DNA of 64,000 nucleotides from Escherichia coli (GTDB lineage Bacteria; Pseudomonadota; Gammaproteobacteria; Enterobacterales; Enterobacteriaceae): NCBI RefSeq assembly GCF_003334255.1, contig NZ_QOWU01000005.1; one strand, 5' to 3'. Shown piece by piece: positions 1 to 10,537 of this stretch (position 1 is its first letter; each line of letters starts with the position of its first letter). The notes under the pieces were generated by a model. It saw only the letters and a program-made list of their open reading frames with translations, ran no database searches and was not told where the DNA came from. The position numbers and the translations under genes were made by a program.

Positions 1-97
1 AATCGGTGGAGCTGCATGACAAAGTCATCGGGCATTATCTGAACATAAAACACTATCAATAAGTTGGAGTCATTACCTAAATAGCTATAGAAATGCA

Positions 98-613
98 TTG
101 GCACAAAATGCAGGTGTCTATTCCTTTAATCTGACCTTGTCATACAACCCGATAACCACAACCTGCAAACCGGACGATTTATTAATTACTTTAGAGGGTA
201 TTCCCGTTTCACAATTACCAGCCACAGGTAACAAAGCAACAATAAATAGTAAAAAAGGGGATGTTATTCTGCGTTGTAAAAATTTATTAGGTCAACAAAA
301 TCAAACATCACGAAAAATGCAGGTGTATTTATCAAGTTCTGACTTGTTAACCAACAGCAACACAATACTGAAAGGTGCGGAAGATAATGGCGTAGGATTT
401 ATTCTTGAAAGTAATGGTTCGCCAGTCACACTTTTAAATATCACTAACAGCAGTAAAGGATACACAAATTTAAAAGAAATTGCGGCAAAGTCAAAACTTA
501 CAGATACAACGGTTTCAATTCCGATAACTGCCAGTTACTACGTCTACGATACAAACAAAGTTAAATCTGGCGCACTGGAGGCAACCGCATTAATCAACGT
601 GAAATACGACTAA
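98..613 (+). pseudogene. yehA: C-terminal fragment of a fimbrial adhesin (pilin-like domain), probably a truncated yehA
   Basis: 171-aa Ser/Thr/Asn-rich ORF typical of fimbrial subunits but with no signal peptide; only a TTG start, no ATG or Shine-Dalgarno; stop codons in all three + frames within bases 1-97; convergent with rcnB as yehA is in K-12. Symbol assigned by synteny only. Confidence 0.4.
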
Positions 614-667
614 TAACAAGCAAGACGAGCAAGTGGCTAATAATAAAAAATAACAAGGTGTCTGCAT

Positions 668-697
668 TTCCCCCTCATGATGAGGGGGCTTTTTTTA
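668..697. terminator. Bidirectional rho-independent terminator between convergent yehA fragment and rcnB
   Basis: GC-rich inverted repeat ccccctcatgatgagggggc followed by a run of 7 T. Confidence 0.6.
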
Positions 698-1033
698 GCG
701 ATGATAAAAAATCTCACCGTCGTAGGCTTTAATGATTTTACCGTCGGTGTCGCTGATCAATACGTACGCGCCACCCATATAGGTCCAGTGCGTCCCGGCA
801 TCCGGCGCGGGCAGGTTACGTAACTGCCACTGCTTAATGTTGTACTCATCGGTTCGGTACATCTCTGGGACGGTATCACCTGGTTTGAAATGCTTAAAGT
901 CAGCAATGAAACTACTTAACTCATACTTAGAAATTCCCGAGGTATTGGTCGAACCCGCGGTGGCTGGTGCGGCCCAGGCGGCACTGGTAACCAGCAAAAG
1001 CGCACCCAGCAACATCTTATTTTTAATGGTCAT
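695..1033 (-). CDS. rcnB: Periplasmic nickel/cobalt homeostasis protein RcnB (YohN)
   Basis: 112-aa product MTIKNKMLLGALLLVTSAAWA... with signal peptide, adjacent to rcnA; the longer track ORF (to 1258) is an upstream in-frame extension. Confidence 0.85.
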   Translation of the reverse strand: MTIKNKMLLGALLLVTSAAWAAPATAGSTNTSGISKYELSSFIADFKHFKPGDTVPEMYRTDEYNIKQWQLRNLPAPDAGTHWTYMGGAYVLISDTDGKIIKAYDGEIFYHR

Positions 1034-1254
1034 AAACTCTCCACTTTGGGGATCTGTAATATCAGTCGCATATCTTTCCTGCCATACAATATAACTGACA
1101 AGCGATATTTTGTTAGTGATCCCATGATTTCGTAAAAAGTGTAAATGAAAGGATGCCCTAAAAGCATCCTTAGCGAGCAGAGAGTCAGCGGAAATAGCTG
1201 ATTTAAGAATCATCCTGGGCTGAAGATAACATGCAAGCCTAAAGGATTGAGTTA

Positions 1255-2076
1255 TCACATTATGCCCATGAAGCCATGTACGCCCATATACACACCGACT
1301 AAGCCAATCAACAGACTGGAAAAATAGGGGGCGCGTTTAGCGAGAGTGTTAAATCCGCTCCAGCGTTTTGCGACCTGCTGAACGCTGATTGCTGCGCCAA
1401 CGCCTACGGTGACAAGCGTTAACGCCAGGCCAATGCTGAAACTGACGACCAGTGTTGCGCCCAGTGTCAGGGCTTTCAACTGAATGCATATCAACAGCAC
1501 GGTAATTGCTGCCGGGCAGGGGATAAGGCCACCGGTTAAGCCAAATAGCAAAATTTGCCAGTTGGTGACCTCTCTACCATCAAAGCGTCGTTTAATGTCA
1601 TTGGCATGGGCTCGTGCATGGGCATCCTGATACTCGCCATGTTCGTGATGGTGATGATGTCCATGGTCGTGGTGATCTTCGTGATCGTGGTGATGATGCG
1701 CATGATCATGCTCGTGCATATTCTCCAGCCAGTTGCTTTCGCCGCGCCAGGTACGCCAGAACATCCAGAACGCGGTGCCAATAATGATCACTGCGGAAAT
1801 CAACTGGAGCCACGGTTCTGCTGATTGAGCAGTAAAGCGCTTGCTGATCACCATCCCGCCAAAGGCAATCAACCAGACCACTGCGGTATGCGAAATGGTT
1901 GCTGCCAGTCCGAGCATCACCGCCTGTTTAATGGTGCCTTTGATGGCGATGATAAACGCCGCCATCATCGTTTTTGAGTGCCCTGGTTCCAGGCCATGAA
2001 GCGCACCAAGTAAGATGGCGCTGGGGATGAAGAACCAGGCGTTTCCTTGCTGAAGAAGAGTTGTAAATTCGGTCAT
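1255..2076 (-). CDS. rcnA: Nickel/cobalt efflux permease RcnA
   Basis: 273-aa membrane protein with the characteristic His-rich loop (HEHDHAHHHHDHEDHHDHGHHHHHEHG); divergent from rcnR. Confidence 0.95.
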   Translation of the reverse strand: MTEFTTLLQQGNAWFFIPSAILLGALHGLEPGHSKTMMAAFIIAIKGTIKQAVMLGLAATISHTAVVWLIAFGGMVISKRFTAQSAEPWLQLISAVIIIGTAFWMFWRTWRGESNWLENMHEHDHAHHHHDHEDHHDHGHHHHHEHGEYQDAHARAHANDIKRRFDGREVTNWQILLFGLTGGLIPCPAAITVLLICIQLKALTLGATLVVSFSIGLALTLVTVGVGAAISVQQVAKRWSGFNTLAKRAPYFSSLLIGLVGVYMGVHGFMGIM

Positions 2077-2113
2077 GATAATAATTCTTAGTATTAATTC
2101 GGCAATCTGATTC

Positions 2114-2148
2114 TACTCCCCCCCAGTACCTGATACTACCCCCCAGTA
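2114..2148. promoter_or_regulatory. Two RcnR operator sites in the rcnA-rcnR divergent promoter region
   Basis: tactcccccccagta (2114-2128) and tactaccccccagta (2134-2148), matching the TACT-G6-N-AGTA RcnR operator type on the opposite strand. Confidence 0.7.
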
Positions 2149-2196
2149 GATTAATAGTGCTATGATTTTTCATATTCTTGTTAACCAGGTGTTGCC

Positions 2197-2469
2197 ATGT
2201 CTCATACAATCCGTGATAAACAGAAACTGAAAGCGCGTGCCAGTAAGATTCAGGGCCAGGTCGTGGCGCTCAAGAAAATGCTCGACGAGCCGCACGAATG
2301 CGCTGCAGTTTTACAACAGATTGCTGCTATCCGTGGCGCGGTAAACGGTCTGATGCGGGAAGTGATTAAAGGTCATCTGACGGAACACATCGTTCACCAG
2401 GGGGATGAGCTAAAACGTGAAGAAGATCTGGATGTCGTTCTGAAGGTGCTGGATTCATATATCAAATAA
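2197..2469 (+). CDS. rcnR: Ni/Co-responsive transcriptional repressor RcnR (CsoR/RcnR family)
   Basis: 90-aa [32 protein letters not shown]..., divergent from rcnA. Confidence 0.95.
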
Positions 2470-2559
2470 TTTATTAACGCGATTGTAAAACTGCCGTTTT
2501 TCCTCGTTTACAACGGGTGCGCTGGACATTACCATCCTCCTCTGCGATTTATCATCGCA

Positions 2560-2691
2560 ACCAAACGACTCGGGGTGCCCTTCTGCGTGAAGGCTGAGAA
2601 ATACCCGTATCACCTGATCTGGATAATGCCAGCGTAGGGAAGTCACGGACCACCAGGTCATTGCTTCTTCACGTTATGGCAGGAGCAAACT
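2560..2691 (+). promoter_or_regulatory. TPP (THI-box) riboswitch in the thiM leader
   Basis: acgactcggggtgcccttctgcgtgaaggctgagaaatacccgtatcacctgatctggataatgccagcgtagggaagtc followed by the SD-sequestering platform and the thiM ATG at 2692. Confidence 0.85.
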
Positions 2692-3480
2692 ATGCAAGTC
2701 GACCTGCTGGGTTCAGCGCAATCTGCGCACGCGTTACACCTTTTTCACCAACATTCCCCTCTTGTGCACTGCATGACCAATGATGTGGTGCAAACCTTTA
2801 CCGCCAATACCTTGCTGGCGCTCGGTGCATCGCCAGCGATGGTTATCGAAACCGAAGAGGCCAGTCAGTTTGCGGCTATCGCCAGTGCCTTGTTGATTAA
2901 CGTTGGCACACTGACGCAGCCACGCGCTCAGGCGATGCGTGCTGCCGTTGAGCAAGCAAAAAGCTCTCAAACACCCTGGACGCTTGATCCAGTAGCGGTT
3001 GGTGCGCTCGATTATCGCCGCCATTTTTGTCATGAACTTTTATCTTTTAAACCGGCAGCGATACGTGGTAATGCTTCGGAAATCATGGCATTAGCTGGCA
3101 TTGCTAATGGTGGACGGGGAGTGGATACCACTGACGCCGCAGCTAACGCGATACCCGCTGCACAAACACTGGCACGGGAAACTGGCGCAATCGTCGTGGT
3201 CACTGGCGAGGTGGATTATGTTTCCGATGGCCATCGCGCCGTTGGCATTCACGGTGGCGATCCGTTAATGACCAAAGTGGTAGGAACTGGCTGTGCATTA
3301 TCGGCGGTTGTCGCTGCCTGCTGTGCGTTACCAGGCGATACGCTGGAAAATGTCGCATCTGCCTGTCACTGGATGAAACAAGCCGGAGAGCGCGCAGTCG
3401 CCAGAAGCGAGGGGCCAGGCAGTTTTGTTCCACATTTCCTTGATGCGCTCTGGCAATTGACGCAGGAGGTGCAGGCATGA
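2692..3480 (+). CDS. thiM: Hydroxyethylthiazole kinase
   Basis: 262-aa ORF downstream of the TPP riboswitch; 4-bp overlap with thiD. Confidence 0.95.
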   Translation: MQVDLLGSAQSAHALHLFHQHSPLVHCMTNDVVQTFTANTLLALGASPAMVIETEEASQFAAIASALLINVGTLTQPRAQAMRAAVEQAKSSQTPWTLDPVAVGALDYRRHFCHELLSFKPAAIRGNASEIMALAGIANGGRGVDTTDAAANAIPAAQTLARETGAIVVVTGEVDYVSDGHRAVGIHGGDPLMTKVVGTGCALSAVVAACCALPGDTLENVASACHWMKQAGERAVARSEGPGSFVPHFLDALWQLTQEVQA

Positions 3481-4277
3481 GACGAATTAACGCTCTGACG
3501 ATTGCCGGTACTGATCCGAGTGGTGGTGCGGGGATTCAGGCCGATCTTAAAACCTTCTCGGCACTTGGCGCTTATGGTTGCTCAGTTATTACTGCACTGG
3601 TGGCGCAAAATACCCGTGGCGTACAGTCGGTGTATCGCATTGAGCCTGATTTTGTCGCCGCCCAGCTCGATTCGGTGTTCAGCGATGTGCGAATCGATAC
3701 CACTAAAATCGGTATGTTGGCGGAAACCGATATTGTTGAAGCGGTGGCAGAACGGTTGCAACGTTATCAGATCCAAAACGTGGTACTCGACACCGTTATG
3801 CTGGCAAAAAGCGGCGACCCACTGCTTTCACCTTCGGCAGTTGCCACGCTACGCAGTCGATTATTGCCACAGGTTTCATTAATAACGCCAAACTTGCCCG
3901 AAGCAGCCGCCTTGCTCGACGCGCCACACGCGCGCACCGAACAGGAAATGCTGGAACAAGGGCGATCGCTGTTGGCGATGGGCTGTGGCGCAGTGCTAAT
4001 GAAAGGTGGTCATCTGGATGATGAGCAAAGCCCGGACTGGCTGTTTACCCGCGAGGGTGAACAACGGTTTACCGCACCGCGCATTATGACCAAAAACACC
4101 CACGGTACTGGTTGTACACTCTCTGCGGCGTTGGCTGCACTACGCCCGCGCCATACAAACTGGGCTGACACCGTACAGGAGGCAAAAAGCTGGCTTTCAT
4201 CGGCGTTAGCCCAGGCCGACACGCTGGAAGTTGGTCACGGTATTGGTCCGGTTCACCACTTCCACGCCTGGTGGTGA
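3477..4277 (+). CDS. thiD: Hydroxymethylpyrimidine/phosphomethylpyrimidine kinase
   Basis: 266-aa ORF, translationally coupled to thiM. Confidence 0.95.
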   Translation: MRRINALTIAGTDPSGGAGIQADLKTFSALGAYGCSVITALVAQNTRGVQSVYRIEPDFVAAQLDSVFSDVRIDTTKIGMLAETDIVEAVAERLQRYQIQNVVLDTVMLAKSGDPLLSPSAVATLRSRLLPQVSLITPNLPEAAALLDAPHARTEQEMLEQGRSLLAMGCGAVLMKGGHLDDEQSPDWLFTREGEQRFTAPRIMTKNTHGTGCTLSAALAALRPRHTNWADTVQEAKSWLSSALAQADTLEVGHGIGPVHHFHAWW

Positions 4278-4341
4278 GCACCGTACTATAGCTGCTTTGG
4301 TTATTGTCAGCCTTTGGCACTGACATTCAGGGATGAAACCA

Positions 4342-5160
4342 ATGCAGCTGAGAATCACCAGTCGAAAAAAATTCACCGCTTTATTATGCGCTCTTGGGCT
4401 AATTTCCATCGTTGCAATTTGTCCACGTCAGACGGTGAATTTTTTCTATTCGACAGCAGTTCAGATTAAAGACTACATCCACTTCTACGGTTATCGCCCG
4501 GTTAAATCTTTCGCTATTCGCATTCCTGCCAGTTACACCATTCACGGAATAGATGTTTCGCGCTGGCAGGAGCGGATCGACTGGCAGCGGGTGGCAAAAA
4601 TGCGCGATAACGGTATCCGCTTACAGTTTGCTTTTATTAAGGCGACGGAAGGCGAAAAGCTGGTGGACCCCTATTTTTCGCGTAACTGGCAACTAAGCCG
4701 CGAAAATGGCCTGCTGCGCGGGGCGTATCATTATTTCTCCCCGTCAGTAGCAGCGCCGGTTCAGGCGCGATTATTTCTGCAAACGGTGGATTTCTCACAA
4801 GGCGATTTCCCTGCGGTACTGGACGTAGAAGAACGGGGAAAATTATCGGCAAAAGAATTACGCAAGCGGGTAAGTCAGTGGTTAAAAATGGTCGAAAAAA
4901 GTACGGGAAAAAAGCCGATTATTTACTCAGGAGCCGTTTTTTATCACACCAATCTGGCGGGCTATTTCAATGAATATCCGTGGTGGGTGGCGCACTACTA
5001 TCAACGTCGTCCGGACAATGACGGCATGGCCTGGCGCTTCTGGCAGCATTCCGACCGTGGACAGGTAGATGGCATCAATGGTCCGGTGGATTTTAATGTA
5101 TTTAATGGCACGGTGGAGGAGTTGCAGGCATTCGTTGATGGGATTAAAGAAACGCCTTAA
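4342..5160 (+). CDS. yegX: Glycoside hydrolase family 25 (lysozyme-like) protein YegX
   Basis: 272 aa from the second ATG, which has the better SD spacing; N-terminal hydrophobic segment; synteny. Confidence 0.8.
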   Translation: MQLRITSRKKFTALLCALGLISIVAICPRQTVNFFYSTAVQIKDYIHFYGYRPVKSFAIRIPASYTIHGIDVSRWQERIDWQRVAKMRDNGIRLQFAFIKATEGEKLVDPYFSRNWQLSRENGLLRGAYHYFSPSVAAPVQARLFLQTVDFSQGDFPAVLDVEERGKLSAKELRKRVSQWLKMVEKSTGKKPIIYSGAVFYHTNLAGYFNEYPWWVAHYYQRRPDNDGMAWRFWQHSDRGQVDGINGPVDFNVFNGTVEELQAFVDGIKETP

Positions 5161-5211
5161 ATAAGAAGCAGTGATATACTCCCACCAGACTCCCCGGCAG
5201 GAAAAAGACAA

Positions 5212-5958
5212 ATGGAACAAGCGCATACCCAGCTGATTGCCCAACTGAACGAGCGTATTTTAGCGGCGGATAACACGCCGCTTTATATTAAGTTTGCCGA
5301 AACGGTAAAAAATGCCGTGCGCAGCGGGGTGCTGGAGCATGGCAATATTTTGCCCGGTGAGCGTGATTTAAGTCAGTTAACCGGCGTTTCGCGCATTACG
5401 GTGCGCAAGGCGATGCAGGCGCTGGAAGAAGAGGGTGTGGTGACGCGTTCGCGCGGTTACGGCACGCAGATCAACAACATCTTCGAATACTCGTTGAAAG
5501 AAGCGCGAGGTTTTTCTCAGCAGGTGGTATTGCGCGGGAAAAAGCCCGATACGCTATGGGTTAACAAGCGTGTCGTGAAATGTCCCGAAGAAGTCGCGCA
5601 GCAGCTGGCGGTCGAAGCAGGAAGTGATGTCTTTTTGCTTAAGCGTATTCGCTATGTCGATGAAGAAGCGGTATCGATTGAGGAATCGTGGGTTCCGGCG
5701 CATTTAATTCATGATGTTGATGCCATCGGGATTTCACTTTATGACTATTTCCGCAGCCAGCACATTTACCCACAACGTACGCGTTCCCGCGTTAGCGCCC
5801 GGATGCCGGATGCCGAGTTTCAGTCACATATTCAGTTAGATAGCAAAATACCGGTGCTGGTGATCAAGCAAGTGGCGCTTGACCAACAGCAACGGCCTAT
5901 TGAGTACAGCATTAGCCACTGTCGCAGCGATCTATACGTTTTTGTGTGCGAGGAGTAG
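5212..5958 (+). CDS. yegW: GntR/HutC-family transcriptional regulator YegW
   Basis: 248-aa ORF with N-terminal winged HTH (GERDLSQLTGVSRITVRKAMQALEEEG) and UTRA-type C-terminal domain. Confidence 0.85.
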   Translation: MEQAHTQLIAQLNERILAADNTPLYIKFAETVKNAVRSGVLEHGNILPGERDLSQLTGVSRITVRKAMQALEEEGVVTRSRGYGTQINNIFEYSLKEARGFSQQVVLRGKKPDTLWVNKRVVKCPEEVAQQLAVEAGSDVFLLKRIRYVDEEAVSIEESWVPAHLIHDVDAIGISLYDYFRSQHIYPQRTRSRVSARMPDAEFQSHIQLDSKIPVLVIKQVALDQQQRPIEYSISHCRSDLYVFVCEE

Positions 5959-6897
5959 TTCCTCGCGCGTTGGCGCACAATCACCGCCGCGATGCCCGAC
6001 AACCCACGACGCCACTGCATTGCCCAGTAATACGGCATCCGCCAGTGGCAGACCAGAGGCCAGCCCGGCAAGTACGCCACCTGCATGACTGTCGCCCGCC
6101 CCAATAGTGTCTACAACTTGCGTGGGAAATGCCGGAATGCAGCCAGAAGCGTCGTTGCTGAAATACCATGCGCCCTCTTTATCGAGACGAATGATCAACG
6201 GCGCGGCAAATTTCTCCTGCCATTGCTTGCCAAGTGTTGTTATCTCTGCGGATAAAGCAAAACGTTCGGCGGCAATCTCAGCCTCTTGACGATTGAGTGA
6301 CACTAAAGGTCGACAGGCCATGATCCGCGCCAGTAATGCGTCCGGGATATCGCCAATACGTGGGCCAAAATCGATAAACGGCGTCACGTCTTGCAGCTTT
6401 TCCAGCCATTCCACTAACAATTCGCCGCAGGGCGAGGCCAGTTGATAACCGGAAAAATAGAGCAGGCTGCCAGGCGCAACGGTTAATCGCGCCAGCCACT
6501 GGCGATTCCACTGATTTTCCACACCGCTGAATGACATAAAAGTGCGTTCGCCATCCGGCTCAACCAGCGCCAGACACCAGCCGTTATCACCTTCGGCGTT
6601 ATCGATCAGGCTGATTAAGCCCTCTTTTGCCATCCGGTTGCGAATAATCTCCGCCCACACGCCCTGACCGAGCGGCAAGGCGTTACCCGCTTCGATGCCG
6701 AGGCGTTTTAACGCCACGGCAATATTCAGGGCGCAGCCGCCAACGTTAACGCTCTGCTGTTTCAGTTCGATATCGCACCCACGCCAGGGGAGGGCATAAG
6801 CGTCGGCGATCACATCAATGACCGCCGCGCCGACGACCATAACTGGCTGACGCGGGGTTAATTCAGGCAGCAGCGTGTGTAATCGAACGCCGCTCAT
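5932..6897 (-). CDS. yegV: PfkB-family sugar/nucleoside kinase YegV
   Basis: 321-aa ORF with ribokinase-like fold signature (DTIGAGD); 3' end overlaps yegW 3' end. Confidence 0.85.
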   Translation of the reverse strand: MSGVRLHTLLPELTPRQPVMVVGAAVIDVIADAYALPWRGCDIELKQQSVNVGGCALNIAVALKRLGIEAGNALPLGQGVWAEIIRNRMAKEGLISLIDNAEGDNGWCLALVEPDGERTFMSFSGVENQWNRQWLARLTVAPGSLLYFSGYQLASPCGELLVEWLEKLQDVTPFIDFGPRIGDIPDALLARIMACRPLVSLNRQEAEIAAERFALSAEITTLGKQWQEKFAAPLIIRLDKEGAWYFSNDASGCIPAFPTQVVDTIGAGDSHAGGVLAGLASGLPLADAVLLGNAVASWVVGHRGGDCAPTREELLLAHKNV

Positions 6898-7898
6898 ACC
6901 GCCTCCCGTTGTTGACGATATTTCGCCAGCGCTGTGGCATAGCGGTTGAAATCAAGCTGATTTACCGCATCCAGTTCCGCCTTTAACGCAGGATCGATAG
7001 CGTTAATGCCATGCAACGCGCCGCAAATTGCCGTCGCCATAGCACCGATGGTGTCTGTGTCGCCGCCAAGGTTAGCGCACAGGACGGCGCAACGGTTCGG
7101 GTCGGTTTGTGCCAGTTCAACCAGCGCAATGGCGCACGGAACGGACTCAATAGTGCTGGTACCTGCGCCAACGACCTGGTAAAGCTGTTCGCTGGCGGAT
7201 TCGGTGCCGTCGGCATTGCGCACAATTTTCAGCGCAATCTCCAGCCGTGCCTCCAGTGAGGCGCTGAACGTAGTGATGCGTTTTTGCTGGGCATGTCGGG
7301 CAATTGAAGGCAATGAATCAACAATCGCTGACCAGCTTTCTCCGTCAATGGCACGAGAAATCGCCCATGCGATGACTACCGCGCCTGCAACCGCCAGATC
7401 GGATTTATGGGTCGGGCTGGACGCCAGCGCCACATCATCAATAAAGGAATCAACATCGTGCGCCGGAAGCAAACAACCTAATGGCGAGACGCGCATCGCT
7501 GCGCCGTTGGTCACGCCATTGTTTTCCAGTTCAGCAACGGGTTTACCGTCGCGAATGGCGTTAAGCGCAATCTTCGAGGTCGGACCTAGTACGTTTTTAT
7601 TAAAGGCGTCGAAACGCAGCGCCCAGTCGAGAATATTACGCCCAATCAGATCCGGATCGATCTTGCCTTTACGTTCCAGCAACGCATCCGCCAGACACAG
7701 CGCCATCGAGGTATCGTCGGTGAATTCGGCGCGGTTAAAATAACAGGCCGCGTTATTCTCCTTTGGTCCAGGCAGAAAACGGTCAATCCAGCCAAAGTGT
7801 GCTTTAACACGGGTGCGTGGCCAAAGCTCGGAGGGCATCCCCATCGCATCCCCTAACGCCTGCCCATAAAGAGCACCGAGAATACGTTCTGTTTTCAT
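6894..7898 (-). CDS. yegU: ADP-ribosylglycohydrolase-family protein YegU
   Basis: 334-aa ORF, GQALGDAMGMPSE N-terminal motif; 4-bp overlaps with yegV and yegT. Confidence 0.85.
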   Translation of the reverse strand: MKTERILGALYGQALGDAMGMPSELWPRTRVKAHFGWIDRFLPGPKENNAACYFNRAEFTDDTSMALCLADALLERKGKIDPDLIGRNILDWALRFDAFNKNVLGPTSKIALNAIRDGKPVAELENNGVTNGAAMRVSPLGCLLPAHDVDSFIDDVALASSPTHKSDLAVAGAVVIAWAISRAIDGESWSAIVDSLPSIARHAQQKRITTFSASLEARLEIALKIVRNADGTESASEQLYQVVGAGTSTIESVPCAIALVELAQTDPNRCAVLCANLGGDTDTIGAMATAICGALHGINAIDPALKAELDAVNQLDFNRYATALAKYRQQREAV

Positions 7899-9172
7899 TT
7901 AACTTCCCCTTGTGTCAACGCAATATCGCGATCATCGACCTTGATAGCCGTAATTTCGTTGTCGGATTCGCGGAAAAAAATCATGAACAGCACGGCGATA
8001 ATGGCAATCATCACCGCGCCAAAAGTCCACATCCCGGACCAGTTGAAAGTCAGTCCGTTTACCGGTTCCTGATAAGCGAACATCTTTTCCATCATCACAC
8101 CGCCAAGACGATAGCCGAGCAAACTGCCGAAGCCCTGGCAGCAGAGCGTGATCAGCCCCTGCGCAGCGGCACGCATATGCACGGGGGCTTTTTTATCGAC
8201 ATAGATGTAAGCGGTAACGTAGTAAAAATCGTAACTTACGCCGTGAAGCAAAATACCGAGGAACAGTAACGCGTAGGTGAAATATTCATCCGCACTACCG
8301 TAAATAAAGAAGCCATAGCGGATCGCAGCGGTGATCAGACCAAGCAATAATACCTTTTTGATACCAAAGCGTTTAGTGAAAAACGGTAATGCCAGCATAA
8401 AGAATATTTCAGAGAACTGGCCGAGCGTCATCCAGCCGGTGGCGTTTTTCATGCCAACTTCGGTCAGATAACCATTGGCAAAGATGTAATAGAACGCCAG
8501 TGGCATCGCAAACAGGAATGAACAGAAGAAAAAGACGAGGAAGTTTTTATCGCGCAGCAGGATCAGCGCATCCAGGCCGAGCATGACTTTAATATCCATT
8601 TTGCCGGTGCTTTTTGGTGGCGTGTCGGGCAGGAAAAACGCAAACACACCGAGTAGAGCAGAACTTCCGGCGGTAATCAGTAATGGAATATTGGTTGGTG
8701 AGATATCGGCATACCCCAGCATTTGCGGCAAGAATCCACATGCCAGACCGGAGGCAATCCAACCGATAGTGCCCATCACACGAATGCGCGGGAAATCACG
8801 CTCCACATCCGGCACGTTGGCAAAAGCGATGCTGTTAGTCAGCGCAATGGTCGGCATATAGGTTAGCGAGTAGGCCAGCAGTAACGGGAAGAACCCGGCA
8901 AAAGTGGTCTGTTGCGCAGCGAAATACATCAGCACCGCACCAGCGAACATCAATACCGCCAGCACTTTCTGCGCCGAGAAAAAGCGGTCAGTGATGGAGC
9001 CAACCAGAATTGGCGACAGGATCGCCGCAATGGCTGTGCAGGCATACGACCAGCCAATTTCTCCGGCACTAAAACCGCTTTTACTTAACCACAACCACAA
9101 TGGCACAAACCACGCGCCCCAGATAAACCATTCAACAAACATCATGAACGACAGCTTTGCTGTTGTTTTCAT
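7895..9172 (-). CDS. yegT: Nucleoside:H+ symporter-family MFS transporter YegT
   Basis: 425-aa polytopic membrane protein; first gene of an apparent yegT-yegU-yegV operon. Confidence 0.85.
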   Translation of the reverse strand: MKTTAKLSFMMFVEWFIWGAWFVPLWLWLSKSGFSAGEIGWSYACTAIAAILSPILVGSITDRFFSAQKVLAVLMFAGAVLMYFAAQQTTFAGFFPLLLAYSLTYMPTIALTNSIAFANVPDVERDFPRIRVMGTIGWIASGLACGFLPQMLGYADISPTNIPLLITAGSSALLGVFAFFLPDTPPKSTGKMDIKVMLGLDALILLRDKNFLVFFFCSFLFAMPLAFYYIFANGYLTEVGMKNATGWMTLGQFSEIFFMLALPFFTKRFGIKKVLLLGLITAAIRYGFFIYGSADEYFTYALLFLGILLHGVSYDFYYVTAYIYVDKKAPVHMRAAAQGLITLCCQGFGSLLGYRLGGVMMEKMFAYQEPVNGLTFNWSGMWTFGAVMIAIIAVLFMIFFRESDNEITAIKVDDRDIALTQGEVK

Positions 9173-9428
9173 CTTTTAATTCCTTCATGACAGGTAATGT
9201 AAGGTACGCGATGACAATACCATTTAATAATACCTTTTAAATACCTTTGCGGTGAAAACTTGACCGCGGTAACATTTTTTCTGATGAATCGAGCCAACAG
9301 AAAACGCTGAAAAAACATCCAAAAGATGGAAAAACTCGCCCGTAACGACCAGGATTATGATTGCCCGCAAAAGGCGGGCCAGGAAAATCCATAGCCGATA
9401 TCCAATCGGAATTTACGGGAGCATAGTA

Positions 9429-10481
9429 ATGACAGATATTGCGCAGTTGCTTGGCAAAGACGCCGACAACCTTTTACAGCACCGTTGTATGACTATTCCT
9501 TCTGACCAGCTTTATCTCCCCGGACATGACTACGTAGACCGCGTGATGATTGACAATAATCGCCCGCCTGCGGTGTTACGTAATATGCAGACGTTGTACA
9601 ACACCGGGCGTCTGGCTGGCACAGGATATCTTTCTATTCTGCCGGTTGACCAGGGCGTTGAGCACTCTGCCGGAGCTTCATTTGCTGCTAACCCGCTCTA
9701 CTTTGACCCGAAAAACATTGTTGAACTGGCGATCGAAGCGGGCTGTAACTGTGTGGCGTCAACTTACGGCGTGCTGGCGTCGGTATCGCGGCGTTATGCG
9801 CATCGCATTCCATTCCTCGTCAAACTTAATCACAACGAGACGCTAAGTTACCCGAATACCTACGATCAAACGCTGTATGCCAGCGTGGAGCAGGCGTTCA
9901 ACATGGGCGCGGTTGCGGTTGGTGCGACTATCTATTTTGGCTCGGAAGAGTCACGTCGCCAGATTGAAGAAATTTCTGCGGCTTTTGAACGTGCGCACGA
10001 GCTGGGCATGGTGACAGTGCTGTGGGCCTATTTGCGTAACTCCGCCTTTAAGAAAGATGGCGTTGATTACCATGTCTCCGCCGACCTGACTGGTCAGGCG
10101 AACCATCTGGCGGCAACCATAGGTGCAGATATCGTCAAACAAAAAATGGCGGAAAATAACGGCGGCTATAAAGCGATTAATTACGGTTATACCGACGATC
10201 GCGTGTACAGCAAGTTGACCAGCGAAAACCCGATTGATCTGGTGCGTTATCAGTTAGCTAACTGCTATATGGGCCGGGCCGGGTTGATAAACTCCGGCGG
10301 TGCTGCAGGCGGTGAAACTGACCTCAGCGATGCAGTGCGTACTGCGGTTATCAACAAACGCGCAGGCGGAATGGGGCTGATTCTGGGGCGGAAAGCATTT
10401 AAGAAATCGATGGCTGACGGCGTGAAACTGATTAACGCCGTGCAGGACGTTTATCTCGATAACAAAGTCACTATTGCCTGA
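9429..10481 (+). CDS. fbaB: Fructose-bisphosphate aldolase class I
   Basis: 350 aa from [16 protein letters not shown]...; the track ORF start at 9357 is an in-frame upstream extension. Confidence 0.9.
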   Translation: MTDIAQLLGKDADNLLQHRCMTIPSDQLYLPGHDYVDRVMIDNNRPPAVLRNMQTLYNTGRLAGTGYLSILPVDQGVEHSAGASFAANPLYFDPKNIVELAIEAGCNCVASTYGVLASVSRRYAHRIPFLVKLNHNETLSYPNTYDQTLYASVEQAFNMGAVAVGATIYFGSEESRRQIEEISAAFERAHELGMVTVLWAYLRNSAFKKDGVDYHVSADLTGQANHLAATIGADIVKQKMAENNGGYKAINYGYTDDRVYSKLTSENPIDLVRYQLANCYMGRAGLINSGGAAGGETDLSDAVRTAVINKRAGGMGLILGRKAFKKSMADGVKLINAVQDVYLDNKVTIA

Positions 10482-10537
10482 TGTGAAATCATCCTCTCCC
10501 ATGAGGGAGAGGATGAGTGCCTGATGCGTTTCGTTTT

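Noticed and set aside
1536-1824. Two ORFs (81 aa minus, 89 aa plus) overlapping the rcnA His-rich loop region
   Set aside because: Artefacts of the low-complexity CAY/GTG-rich sequence encoding the RcnA histidine tract; rcnA is supported end to end.
2455-2661. 68-aa minus-strand ORF in the thiM leader
   Set aside because: Antisense to the TPP riboswitch; the region is accounted for by the riboswitch.
9357-9428. N-terminal 24-codon extension of fbaB in the ORF track
   Set aside because: The canonical aldolase N-terminus begins at MTDIAQ (9429); the extension is Arg/Lys-rich and unlike the family.
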